From assembly GCF_000007185.1 (NCBI RefSeq), contig NC_003551.1, forward strand, positions 510,001 through 542,000: a stretch of DNA of 32,000 nt, in the 5' to 3' direction. The position numbers and the translations under genes were made by a program. Below, in pieces: positions 15,275-24,380 of the stretch. Each line of letters starts with the position of its first letter. Within the stretch, counting starts at the first letter, position 1. The notes under the pieces are model-generated. The model saw nothing but the letters and a program-made list of their open reading frames with translations. It ran no database searches and had not been told where the DNA came from. This stretch comes from Methanopyrus kandleri AV19 (GTDB taxonomy: Archaea; JAADCQ01; Methanopyri; Methanopyrales; Methanopyraceae).

Positions 15275-15885
15275 TCTTACGCCCGAGTACGCGACCCGCG
15301 GAGCGCGCACTCGACGCGCTCCTTGAAGAGCTAGACACCATGATTGAAGCCTGTGATCTGCTTTCCGACGTAACGACGATGGAGGAGAGTCCGAAGGAAG
15401 TCGAGGAGCGGCAAGAGTCCCTGAGCGAAGAAGTGGCCGAACTCAAGGACCGTGTAGACGAGGCTATGGAAAGCAGCTCCATGATCCCAGTCGTCAAGGA
15501 AGAGTTGGGCTACATAGCCGAGAACGTGAGGAGAGCCGCCGAGACGTTGCTGAGTTTGGCCTCCCTACTGGTGAGCTTCTACGAGGATTTGGAGGAGGAG
15601 GATCGCGAGAAGCTAGACGAAGTGATCGAAGGTATCGCCAAAATCGCCTCGGGAGTACGTGAATCGGTCGAGTTGTTGAACGAGGACGTACGGAAGGCGG
15701 CGGAGCACGTCGAAAAGATTCGGGACCAGGAAGAGGACGTTCGGTCCCGACTACGCACGCTGATGCTCAAAACCGAGAGGAACGGGCGTCTAGCACCGAT
15801 CGTCCTGGAAATCGAACGGGCGCTCGAAGACATGGACCGAGCCCTTGACGGGGTGAACAGGATTAAAGTGAGGTTCCTCGGGTGA
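15271..15885 (+). CDS. PhoU-like phosphate transport regulator (DUF47 / PiT accessory protein family)
   Basis: It is about 204 aa, acidic and all-helical, and lies directly downstream of PiT, the conserved gene pair for this family. The TTG start overlaps the pit stop (TTGA). Confidence 0.7.
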   Translation: MILRPSTRPAERALDALLEELDTMIEACDLLSDVTTMEESPKEVEERQESLSEEVAELKDRVDEAMESSSMIPVVKEELGYIAENVRRAAETLLSLASLLVSFYEDLEEEDREKLDEVIEGIAKIASGVRESVELLNEDVRKAAEHVEKIRDQEEDVRSRLRTLMLKTERNGRLAPIVLEIERALEDMDRALDGVNRIKVRFLG

Positions 15886-16838
15886 GACCGGTGGAGGTCC
15901 TAGGGAAGCGCTGGGCCCACCCGATCGCCTGCGCTTCCGGGGCTCTCGCCGCCCATCGGCCGGGCATGGAAAATGCCGTTCTACGCGGTGCGGCGGCTAT
16001 TTTCACGAAGACGGTCACTGAATCACCGCGCGAGGGCCATCCAGGACCGGTATTCGTGGATTACCTCGACGAGGGATACGCGCTCAACGCTATGGGTTTA
16101 CCGAACCCCGGCCCGGACAGGATGGTGGTGGAAATCGAAGAGTTCCGGGACGAATTCGACGTACCGGTATACGCGAGCGTGGCGGCCGACGGTCCGGAGG
16201 GTTTCAAGAGGTTGGCACGCGCGTTCTCCGGCGTAGCGGACGGATTGGAACTGAACGTCTCGTGCCCTCACGCGGGCAAGGGGTACGGGGCGGAACTAGG
16301 CTCCGATCCGGAGGCCGTGGCCGAAATCACCGAGGCCGCCGTCCGGGCGTTCGACGGACCGGTGTCCGTGAAATTGACTCCCAACGTGGACCGCGAAACC
16401 TTGCTCGAGGTGGCTGCGGCGGCCATCGATGCGGGAGCGGAGGCACTCACCGCCGTGAACACGCTGGGACCTGGCCTTAGGATCGACCTGAGGACCGCCA
16501 GCCCCGTCCTAGGAGCCGGGGTAGGTGGACTGTCGGGCCCCGCGCTCAAACCCATCGCGCTCCGCGTCGTGGCGGACTTAGCGCTGGAGTTCGGGGAGGA
16601 AGTGGAGATCATAGGAGTCGGTGGGATCCGGAACGGGGAAGACGTCGTCGAGTTCCTGTTCGCCGGTGCCAAGGCGGTGCAGGTCGCCACGGCGGCTCGA
16701 GAGAAAGACTTCGGAGATATCGCGATGGAAACCTCCCACATTCTCAAGGAACTCGGATACGATGGACCCGAAGAGGCGATCGGAGCTGCCCTTCCTGAGT
16801 ACCGGGAGAGGCTGCGCCGATTGGGGTGGTGTCAGTGA
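15882..16838 (+). CDS. pyrD: Dihydroorotate dehydrogenase, catalytic subunit (class 1B type)
   Basis: Motifs NAMGLPNPG, LELNVSCPH, VKLTPNV, TAVNT, GGLSGPALKPIALR and IGVGGI are present. The GTG start overlaps the upstream stop (GTGA). Confidence 0.92.
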   Translation: MRPVEVLGKRWAHPIACASGALAAHRPGMENAVLRGAAAIFTKTVTESPREGHPGPVFVDYLDEGYALNAMGLPNPGPDRMVVEIEEFRDEFDVPVYASVAADGPEGFKRLARAFSGVADGLELNVSCPHAGKGYGAELGSDPEAVAEITEAAVRAFDGPVSVKLTPNVDRETLLEVAAAAIDAGAEALTAVNTLGPGLRIDLRTASPVLGAGVGGLSGPALKPIALRVVADLALEFGEEVEIIGVGGIRNGEDVVEFLFAGAKAVQVATAAREKDFGDIAMETSHILKELGYDGPEEAIGAALPEYRERLRRLGWCQ

Positions 16839-17614
16839 AGCCAATACCGGCGGAGGTCGTGGAGAACAGGGAAGAATGTGAGCGGACGATCGTGCTCAGG
16901 CTACGGCCGGAGAGGCCGATACGTTGGGAACCCGGACAATTCCTGATGCTCGGGATCTCCGGAGTCGACGAGAAGCCAATGGCGTTCTCAGGAGGAGACG
17001 ACCGGGAGTTCGAACTCACCATCGAGATCGTAGGCCCATTCACGGAGCGTTGCGCCGACCTCGAGCCGGGGGACGTGGTCTGGGTACGGGGACCGTACGG
17101 GAAACCGTTCGAGGTGAGAGGTTCGAGGGCAGTGGTAGTTGCCGGAGGAACCGGGGTAGCACCACTGGTTCCGCTCGTTGAAAGGCTACGTCGAGCGCGC
17201 GTCCACGTTACCTCGGTACTAGGAGGCCCACACGCGGACCGCCTCCCTAGGAAGGATGATCTGGAAAAGTTGTCCGACGAGCTGTACGTCACCACGGAGG
17301 ACGGTAGCGAGGGGCGTAAAGGATTTCCTACGGACGTCCTTGAAGAACTCGTCGAAAAGGAATGTCCGGATGTAGTGTACGCGTGCGGTCCCGAAGGGAT
17401 GCTGGTCCGGGTTGCCGAGATAGCACGAGAGCACGATGTCCCTTGCCAGGTCAGCGTCGTCCGGTACGTGAAATGTGGCGAAGGAATCTGCGGCTCGTGC
17501 GCCTTAGGGAAGGGGCTACTAGTGTGCCGCGACGGTCCGGTGTTTTGGACGGAGGAGTTGGAAGGTACGGAGTTCGGAGGGGTCAGACGTGACGTCACGG
17601 GAAAGCCTGAGTGA
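16826..17614 (+). CDS. pyrK: Dihydroorotate dehydrogenase electron-transfer subunit (FAD/[2Fe-2S])
   Basis: It has a ferredoxin-reductase-like fold (PGQFLML, VVAGGTGVAPL) and the C-terminal cluster motif KCGEGICGSCAL. It overlaps pyrD by 13 nt. Confidence 0.9.
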   Translation: MVSVKPIPAEVVENREECERTIVLRLRPERPIRWEPGQFLMLGISGVDEKPMAFSGGDDREFELTIEIVGPFTERCADLEPGDVVWVRGPYGKPFEVRGSRAVVVAGGTGVAPLVPLVERLRRARVHVTSVLGGPHADRLPRKDDLEKLSDELYVTTEDGSEGRKGFPTDVLEELVEKECPDVVYACGPEGMLVRVAEIAREHDVPCQVSVVRYVKCGEGICGSCALGKGLLVCRDGPVFWTEELEGTEFGGVRRDVTGKPE

Positions 17615-18335
17615 CGTCGCGTTCGTGCTACCGGCGCACAACGAGGAGGGAGCGGTGGGAAAAGTCGTACGCGAGATTCGGAGGATGTACCCCGATGCGC
17701 TGATAATAGTGGTGGACAACGCGTCTTCGGATCGCACTGCCGAAGAGGCGGAGAAGGCCGGGGCCCTAGTCGTTAGAGAACCGGTCAAAGGTCTGGGAAA
17801 GGCCATCAAGGCGGGGATTCAGTGTGCACTTGAACACGGCGCTCGTATCATCCTCCGAACGGATTCCGACGGGGAGTTCGATCCGAATTGTTTCGCCGAA
17901 CTGATTGAAGCCGCGGATGATTACGACCTGGTGATAGGCAACAGGTTCTCAGAGGGTAGACCGGAGAACGTGCCGCTTTCTCACTACCTTTTCAATATGA
18001 TACTGATAACACTCTTCTGGCTGTTTTATGGAAAGATCTTGGACGTCACGTGCGGGTGCCGCGTGTTCTCCAGGGAACTCGCGAGAGAGATCCTGAAACG
18101 GGACGTAGACGACGGTCCCGCGTTCGACGCCGACACCACTTCCCTTGCGGTATCTTTAGGGTACTCGGTCAAATCCGTCGATGTAAGGCTACGTGGTAGG
18201 ATATCCGGACAGAGGAAAGTAGCCCCCACGGTGATCGGTAAGGTCCTTGTCGGACTCAGGATACTGTTCAGGGTAGCTGTGAATAGGCTTCGATGGCGGT
18301 GCGAAACGCCTTCGACTTTGAGTAGGGGACAATAG
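17589..18335 (+). CDS. Family 2 glycosyltransferase (dolichyl-phosphate sugar transferase-like)
   Basis: The N-terminal GT-A motif is VLPAHNEEGAVGKVV...IIVVDNASSDRT, with a DxD-like RTDSDGE. The start overlaps pyrK by 26 nt, so its exact position is uncertain. Confidence 0.85.
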   Translation: MTSRESLSDVAFVLPAHNEEGAVGKVVREIRRMYPDALIIVVDNASSDRTAEEAEKAGALVVREPVKGLGKAIKAGIQCALEHGARIILRTDSDGEFDPNCFAELIEAADDYDLVIGNRFSEGRPENVPLSHYLFNMILITLFWLFYGKILDVTCGCRVFSRELAREILKRDVDDGPAFDADTTSLAVSLGYSVKSVDVRLRGRISGQRKVAPTVIGKVLVGLRILFRVAVNRLRWRCETPSTLSRGQ

Positions 18336-18347
18336 CGCCACCCGGGT

Positions 18348-18358
18348 AGTTATAAGTT
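18348..18358 (+). promoter_or_regulatory. Possible TATA box (AGTTATAAGTT) upstream of fen
   Basis: It is an AT-rich element about 35 nt upstream of the fen TTG start. GGAGGGG lies at 18377-18383. Confidence 0.4.
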
Positions 18359-18388
18359 CGATCCACAGGGGTTCCTGGAGGGGACAAT

Positions 18389-19435
18389 TTGGGACTAGCT
18401 GAACTCCGAGAACTGATCGAACCCGAAGAGACGGACCTGAGAGCCCTCGCCGGTCGGGAGATCGCTATCGACGCGTTCAACGCCCTGTATCAATTCCTGA
18501 CCACGATCATGAAGGACGGACGACCTCTCATGGACTCGAGGGGCAGGATTACCAGCCACTTAAATGGCCTCCTGTATAGGACCGTGAACTTGGTCGAAGA
18601 GGGTATCAAGCCGGTATACGTGTTCGATGGTGAGCCCCCGGACCTGAAGCGTGAAACGCTGGAGCGTCGACGGGAACGGAAGGAGGAGGCGATGGAGAAA
18701 CTGAGGCGGGCCAAAACGAAGGAGGAGCGGGAGAAGTACGCCCGACAAGTCGCCAGACTCGACGAGTCGTTGGTGGAAGACGCGAAGAGGCTGTTGGATC
18801 TCATGGGCATCCCGTGGGTACAGGCCCCCTCGGAAGGAGAGGCGCAGTGCGCGTATATGGCGAGGTGCGGGGACGTATGGGCGACAGGCAGCCAAGACTA
18901 CGACTCGCTGCTTTTCGGCAGCCCCAGGTTGGTTCGCAACATCACGATAGTCGGAAAGCGGAAGCATCCACACACCGGCGAGATCATAGAGGTCAAGCCC
19001 GAGATCATGAGGTTGGAGGACGTGCTCGACCAGCTGGGATTGGAATCGAGGGAGCAGCTGGTGGACCTAGCGATCCTTTTGGGCACGGACTACAACCCGG
19101 ATGGAGTACCCGGGATTGGTCCGAAGCGCGCGCTGCAGTTGATCAGGAAGTACGGGTCGCTAGACGAGCTTAAGGACACCGACATCTGGCCTAAGATCGA
19201 GCGGCACCTGCCGGTGGAACCGGAGAAGCTCAGAAGGCTCTTCCTCGAGCCGGAAGTTACGGACGACTACGAGCTAGACTGGGACGAACCCGACGAAGAG
19301 GGACTGGTCGAGTTCCTGGTTGAGGAGCGTGATTTCTCCGAGGATCGAGTCCGCCGCGCCGTCGAGCGTCTGAAGGAGGCACTTCAGGAGTTGCGGAAGG
19401 GCGGTCGCCAAGAGACCCTGGACGCGTTCTTCTGA
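18389..19435 (+). CDS. fen: Flap endonuclease 1 (FEN-1)
   Basis: Motifs [51 protein letters not shown] and GTDYNP are present, with a C-terminal PIP-like LDAFF. It starts at TTG. Confidence 0.95.
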
Positions 19436-19502
19436 CCCGAGATTCCAGGCGGCGTCGATGGAGCTCAGGGGTGGATCTCCGAACGCTCAGCTCGAGGTTT
19501 GT

Positions 19503-20324
19503 TCAGAAACCCCCGAGCACACCGAGTGGAGGCACCCCTGGGGGTCCGAAGGTCAGGTATCCTATCACCATCCCGTAAACTAGCAACAGCCCGATGTCCG
19601 CGAGTAAGTTGACTGTAGAGAGCAGCGACCCGGAACGAAGTCCGGTGATCGCGACCGTCACTGGCCCGCAACTCCTCAGCAGTCTTCCTACGTACGCTAA
19701 GGCCGCGCCGGTTACGGCGAGGGAGTAAGCGTGTGCGTAGTCGAGCACCCCGGATCGAAGCATCGTCCCGACCGCCGCGCATCCGGCCACCGGGTTAGCC
19801 AGGAATGTCATGGGCACGACGTACCCACCTAATCCGCGTAGGTAAGATGATAGGATAATCCCCAACAGAGCCCCGGGCACTAGGTAAGCGGCGATACGGC
19901 CGACGGTGCGAGTCGCTTCGTTGAGGGCGTCCCGAAGGCTCCCGTGTGTGGGGAGTTGTGCACGTACCCGACGGAGGAGAAGTCCGCCGACGATGGTCTC
20001 GGTAGCGTCCACGAGGGCTAGCGTTAGAGCGTACGGCCCACCCACCGTCGACCCCAGCAACGTTAACGCGTTCACACACGCTGTAGCGGTGTAAGTGGCG
20101 GAGTTAAACGAAACCTTGGCGATGAGGAGCTCGCGTCCCTTGAGACCCATCTCTCGGGCCGTCGTCAACGCCGCGTGGGGATGAATCAAACCAACGACAA
20201 CGAGCGGTACGGCACGACATCGGATTTTTTCGGACGCGAGCGCTCCGAGCAAGTGTAACCCGAACACGCTGACACCGATAACCAGCAGCGCCTCAAGCAC
20301 GAACTCGGCCACTTCAGCGATCAA
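19503..20324 (-). CDS. Integral membrane protein, function unknown
   Basis: The 273-aa ORF has at least 7 hydrophobic segments. The TTG start is preceded by GGGGGA. I recognise no family motif. Confidence 0.6.
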   Translation of the reverse strand: MIAEVAEFVLEALLVIGVSVFGLHLLGALASEKIRCRAVPLVVVGLIHPHAALTTAREMGLKGRELLIAKVSFNSATYTATACVNALTLLGSTVGGPYALTLALVDATETIVGGLLLRRVRAQLPTHGSLRDALNEATRTVGRIAAYLVPGALLGIILSSYLRGLGGYVVPMTFLANPVAGCAAVGTMLRSGVLDYAHAYSLAVTGAALAYVGRLLRSCGPVTVAITGLRSGSLLSTVNLLADIGLLLVYGMVIGYLTFGPPGVPPLGVLGGF

Positions 20325-20381
20325 CCGGTTTCCCCCGAGGACTTTAACGGCGGAGACGGTGCGTGGTACCGGGGCGTCACG

Positions 20382-21287
20382 TTGGGTTCGCTGGAGACGG
20401 AGCCCGTATCGTTATCTCTCAAGCGGCCGTTCCGGATATCGGGCCGGGAAGTTAGACGAGTGCGGGGTTATTGGTGCACGTGCGTCATCGAGGGCAACTC
20501 CGGGAGAGGATTCGGACTCCGTCGCGGTATCGCCGAGGAGATGGCGACACTGGACGCCGTAGCTAGGAGGTATGACGAGCCACTGTGCAGGGTCTGGGGA
20601 AGGGAGCCGGCCTCGATCGAGTCGTTCGCCACCGTGGATCTGGTGGGCGCAGAGCAGGCCGAGAAGCTCGCGCGACGTTACTACCTCAGAGGGTATCGGA
20701 AACTGAAGGTGAAGGTGGGCGGAGATGACCTGAAGCGGGATCTGGAGCGTGTCGAGGCCTGCGTGAAGTCCGCCGAGTTCGACGCCCTCATACTGGACGG
20801 AAACGAGGGACTGACGGTCGAAGAAGTATTCCGGTTGCTAGATTTCCTGGACTTCGACGGTGACGTGTACCTCGAACATCCGACACCACCCGATAGCCTG
20901 GAAGAAGTGTGCGAATCTTGCGAGGCACCCGTGATCGTGGATGTAATGGATTTGGGAGCCCGATCCATCGACGACGTCCTCGACGTCGCGGAACCCTGCG
21001 ATATCGTGAACATCAAGACACAGGAGGTAGGATTCGTCGGTGGTTTGAGGTTAGCCCGAGACGCCCGGGAAGAGGGTTTCAAAGTGATGGTAGGATGTGC
21101 CGTCGAGAGCTTCTCTTCCATATCTGCCGCCGCTCACTTAGCCGCCGCCGTGGAGGCCGACTTATGCGACCTCGATGGCCACCTGTTCCTGGACGAGGAT
21201 GTCGTGAGCAACCCCGGATACGCACCCGTGATGGTCACCGAGGGTCCCGGATGGGAAGTCCGCGTGGAGCGGCCTAAGCCCGCGTAA
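20382..21287 (+). CDS. Enolase-superfamily enzyme, MR/MLE subgroup (dipeptide epimerase / N-acyl-amino-acid racemase-like)
   Basis: The KxK motif is YRKLKVKVG. Metal-ligand positions are LILDGNEG, YLEHP and VIVDV. Also present are DIVNIKTQEVG and the C-terminal CDLDG. Confidence 0.8.
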   Translation: MGSLETEPVSLSLKRPFRISGREVRRVRGYWCTCVIEGNSGRGFGLRRGIAEEMATLDAVARRYDEPLCRVWGREPASIESFATVDLVGAEQAEKLARRYYLRGYRKLKVKVGGDDLKRDLERVEACVKSAEFDALILDGNEGLTVEEVFRLLDFLDFDGDVYLEHPTPPDSLEEVCESCEAPVIVDVMDLGARSIDDVLDVAEPCDIVNIKTQEVGFVGGLRLARDAREEGFKVMVGCAVESFSSISAAAHLAAAVEADLCDLDGHLFLDEDVVSNPGYAPVMVTEGPGWEVRVERPKPA

Positions 21288-21404
21288 TAGGACATGAGCT
21301 GATGGCTGGAGGTCGTTAGGACACTCCACTCCCTTAACGACTCACTCTTCGACACTTTAACTCGATAACCGTCGAGTGGGGGTAATCATCGAAGTGGAAA
21401 ACTC

Positions 21405-22460
21405 GTGACGGGAGGTGGTTCGTTGGAGTTACCGCATAAGCCCGGGACGCCCGCGATCATACTGTGTCACGGGGCGTTCGACGAACCTCATGGGAAGACA
21501 GCACACGGACTGCTCCGGTTCGGACGCATTTACGACATCGTCGCCGTGATAGACCGCGAGCTGGCCGGGAAGACCGCACAGGATGTGGATCCGGATTTCC
21601 CACCGGTGCCGATACTGCGGTCGGTGAGTGAGGCCTTAGAGGAGCTGGATCCGGAAGTGCTGCTGATCGGGGCGGCGCCGCCCGGTGGGAAGTTAACCCC
21701 GGAGTGGAAAGAGGAAATCATCGAAGCTGTCCAAGCGGGCCTGGATGTGGTGAGCGGGCTCCACGAGTTCCTCTCGAAGGATCCGGACATCAGCGAGGCG
21801 GCCGAAGAATCAGGCTCACGGCTGATAGACGTGAGGAAGCCTCGGAAGGAGTTGTTCCGAGTTGCGGACGGGTCGGCCAGGGACGTGGACGCCACGGTAG
21901 TGCTCACGGCGGGGACGGATTGCGCTGTGGGTAAGATGTCGGCGGCTATCGAGCTCGTGGAGCGTCTGAGGGAAGAGGGAGTAGAGGCCGCGTTCTTGGC
22001 GACAGGCCAGACCAGCATCATGATCGGGGCGGAAGACGGTGTCGTGGTGGATCGTATGCCCGGGGACTTCATGGCGGGGGCCATAGAGGAGCTGGTCGTC
22101 CGCCTGGCCGAGGACCATGAGATCGTCGTAGTAGAGGGACAGGGTGCGTTAAGCCACCCGGCGTATTCCGGGGTTACACTGGCTATCCTGCACGGCGCCT
22201 GGCCCGACGCCGTGGTGTTGGTGCACGACCCGGTTAGGGAGGTGCGGGATGGGTTCCCGAGGTTCCGAGTCCCCGACCCGCGCACCGAGGTGACGCTGAT
22301 CGAGTCGTTAAGCGCGGCGGAAATAGTCTCGGTAGTTTTACGCACGTGGGACGAGAGGCTCGCGGAGAAGTTATCGTCCGAAGGATACCTGGTAGAACGT
22401 CTAGGCGACCTCAGAAGGACGGTAGATAGGGTTTTAGAGATTCACCGGATGGGGCGCTGA
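21405..22460 (+). CDS. DUF1611-family protein (P-loop-like domain; the family has been linked to DgcN-type N-acetyltransferases)
   Basis: Characteristic DUF1611 blocks are present: AIILCHGAFDEPHGKTAHGLLR, GTDCAVGKMS, LATGQTSIMIG, DRMPGDFMAGAIE and VEGQGALSHPAYSGVTLAILHG. It starts at GTG. Confidence 0.8.
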   Translation: MTGGGSLELPHKPGTPAIILCHGAFDEPHGKTAHGLLRFGRIYDIVAVIDRELAGKTAQDVDPDFPPVPILRSVSEALEELDPEVLLIGAAPPGGKLTPEWKEEIIEAVQAGLDVVSGLHEFLSKDPDISEAAEESGSRLIDVRKPRKELFRVADGSARDVDATVVLTAGTDCAVGKMSAAIELVERLREEGVEAAFLATGQTSIMIGAEDGVVVDRMPGDFMAGAIEELVVRLAEDHEIVVVEGQGALSHPAYSGVTLAILHGAWPDAVVLVHDPVREVRDGFPRFRVPDPRTEVTLIESLSAAEIVSVVLRTWDERLAEKLSSEGYLVERLGDLRRTVDRVLEIHRMGR

Positions 22461-22843
22461 GTCACCTTCCTGAGCGAGGAGTAGATACCGTAAGTGAGGT
22501 CGACGACACCGAGGGCGGCGATAGTCTCACCCTCGTCCTTGATGGGTACAACTACGACCGGCGTTCCCTCGTAAGGTCCCGATTCCGGCACCTTCCTGAT
22601 CACCTCACCTTTCTCGAGCACTTCCTCCAGAACTGGACCCGTGTACTCGTCGTCGATAACCTCACCGTCCTCGATTCTGACCCCAGGGTTATCCCGGGTT
22701 CGCATGGTCACGGGCAGGCGATTGACCAGCTCATGAACTGCCATCGCAAGCGGTAGGATATCTTCGGCGGTCGAGTCGGGTCTAATTCTCATCACGACTG
22801 CCCCGGTTCTCCAGTGGAGCGGATACTTTAACGGAGTTCTCAT
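22442..22843 (-). CDS. Conserved hypothetical protein (small, soluble; methanogen-type family, not confidently assignable)
   Basis: It is a 133-aa ORF with good coding character. An alternative start at ATG 22792 is preceded by GGGGCAG. It overlaps the 3' end of the DUF1611 gene by 19 nt (convergent). Confidence 0.55.
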   Translation of the reverse strand: MRTPLKYPLHWRTGAVVMRIRPDSTAEDILPLAMAVHELVNRLPVTMRTRDNPGVRIEDGEVIDDEYTGPVLEEVLEKGEVIRKVPESGPYEGTPVVVVPIKDEGETIAALGVVDLTYGIYSSLRKVTQRPIR

Positions 22844-22865
22844 CGGGACGTTCGGTGGGGATCAC

Positions 22866-23444
22866 TTGAAGCCGAAGTGCTATCGGTGCCCTTCACCCGG
22901 AGACACATGTGATCGCTGCGGGCTCGCCGACGGGGATCAGATGGAGCGAACCGTGGAATCGTACCGACGGGACGAACTGTTCCGAAGCGCCTCGGAGATA
23001 GAGGTAGAAGGGTACATGGAATGGACGCGGGTCGAGGAGATCGCGGAACTGTGCGAGAGGATGGTGTGGAAAAGCGTCGGAGTAGCGTTTTGCGTGGGGT
23101 TAGCCGAAGAGGCCAGGGCGCTATGTGAGTTCCTGGAGGGGCGGGGCTTAGAAGTGTACTCAGTCTGCTGCAAAGTCGGAGGGGTACCGAAGTCGAAACT
23201 GAGTCTACTGGAGCTGAAACCGGGAGATAAAGTCTGCAACCCGCGGCTGCAGGCACGATTACTGAACGAAATCGGCACGGATCTGAACGTGCTCGTCGGA
23301 TTATGCGTGGGTCACGATATCATCTTCATCGAGGAGTCGGAGGCTCCCGTGACCGTCGCGGTGGTGAAGGACCGGAGGCTGGCCCACTGTCCAGCCTTAG
23401 CCCTCACGAACCGGTATTACAGGAGAAAGCTCGGGTTGGAGTGA
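22866..23444 (+). CDS. DUF1847-family Cys-rich metal-binding protein
   Basis: It has an N-terminal Cys cluster (KCYRCPSPGDTCDRCG) plus conserved blocks GVAFCVGLAEEA, VCCKVGG, CNP and LNVLVGLCVGHDIIFIEESEAPVTVAVVKDRRLAHCP. Confidence 0.7.
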   Translation: MKPKCYRCPSPGDTCDRCGLADGDQMERTVESYRRDELFRSASEIEVEGYMEWTRVEEIAELCERMVWKSVGVAFCVGLAEEARALCEFLEGRGLEVYSVCCKVGGVPKSKLSLLELKPGDKVCNPRLQARLLNEIGTDLNVLVGLCVGHDIIFIEESEAPVTVAVVKDRRLAHCPALALTNRYYRRKLGLE

Positions 23445-23450
23445 AAAAAA

Positions 23451-24368
23451 TCAGGCGAGGCCGAGCTTCTCGAGTACGGGCGTGCAGTCGATCTCGTGCG
23501 TCTCGAGGGCGAGCTCCTCCGGGTCCATTCCGAACGCCAGACCGGCCAGCTGGCAGTAGTGGAACACCGGTAGCTTCTTCGGTGGGAGCTTCTCGAAGTG
23601 CTCCTTCATCTCGATCTGTCCACGGTCGAACTGTAGGTGGCAGAACGGACAGACGTTGGTAGTGCAGTCGGCACCGGCTTCGAGCATGTTGAAGATCTTC
23701 TCGCGGGTGAAGTGAAGTGACACCTTGAGTTCCCTGGACCTCACACCACCTCCCGCACCGCAGCACATGATCTTGTCCTTGTAGTCGACGGACTCCGCCC
23801 CTAGGGCCTCGACGAGCTCGTCGAGCGTCCTCGGGTCCTCGACCGAACCTGGGAACCCGGTCACCTCCGACGGCTTCAGCAGGTGGCAACCGTAGTGAAC
23901 CGCTACCTTCAGCGGCTCACCGTCGGTCTTCTCGAGCGGCCTCTCGACCTTCTCCTTGATCTTTTTGACACCTACCTCCTCGTAAAGGAAGGTGTTCACG
24001 TGGTAGACCTTGACCTTACCCTTGTACTCCCTGTCGATCTCGGCGAGCTTTTCGTTCACGAACTCGCGCAGTTCCGGGTTCTCCTGCAACAGGTGGTTGG
24101 CTTCGTTCAGGGATCCGAAGCAACCGTTACAGACCGTCAGAATGTCGTATCCTTTCTCCTCGGCTATCGACAGGTTGCGGGCTGCGATCGTAACCCACGT
24201 CTTGAGGTCGAAGGACCCGAACACTCCGGGCGCCGGACAGCAGGAGGCACCGTCCATGTCGACGAGCTCGTATCCTAGTTCCTCGAAGACTAAACGCGTG
24301 GCCTTCTCGATGCCCGGATACCTGTTCGGCATGATACAACCAAGGAAGAAGCAGAGCTTCTTGGCCAA
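23451..24368 (-). CDS. hdrB: Heterodisulfide reductase subunit B (CoB-CoM heterodisulfide reductase)
   Basis: The N-terminus [15 protein letters not shown] is typical, and there are two CCG-type motifs (ASCCPAPG and IMCCGAGGG). It lies directly downstream of hdrC. Confidence 0.95.
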   Translation of the reverse strand: MAKKLCFFLGCIMPNRYPGIEKATRLVFEELGYELVDMDGASCCPAPGVFGSFDLKTWVTIAARNLSIAEEKGYDILTVCNGCFGSLNEANHLLQENPELREFVNEKLAEIDREYKGKVKVYHVNTFLYEEVGVKKIKEKVERPLEKTDGEPLKVAVHYGCHLLKPSEVTGFPGSVEDPRTLDELVEALGAESVDYKDKIMCCGAGGGVRSRELKVSLHFTREKIFNMLEAGADCTTNVCPFCHLQFDRGQIEMKEHFEKLPPKKLPVFHYCQLAGLAFGMDPEELALETHEIDCTPVLEKLGLA

Positions 24369-24380
24369 GGGTCAACCCCC

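Noticed and set aside
16744-17598. A long antisense ORF (284 aa). Similar ones occur at 21530..22345 (-), 4299..5066 (-), 9243..9926 (+), 12039..12677 (-), 20681..21121 (-) and 28957..29511 (-).
   Set aside because: Each is antisense to a gene with clear family motifs. Their translations are Ser/Thr/Pro/Arg-rich low complexity, and in high-GC genomes the antisense frame often stays open by chance.
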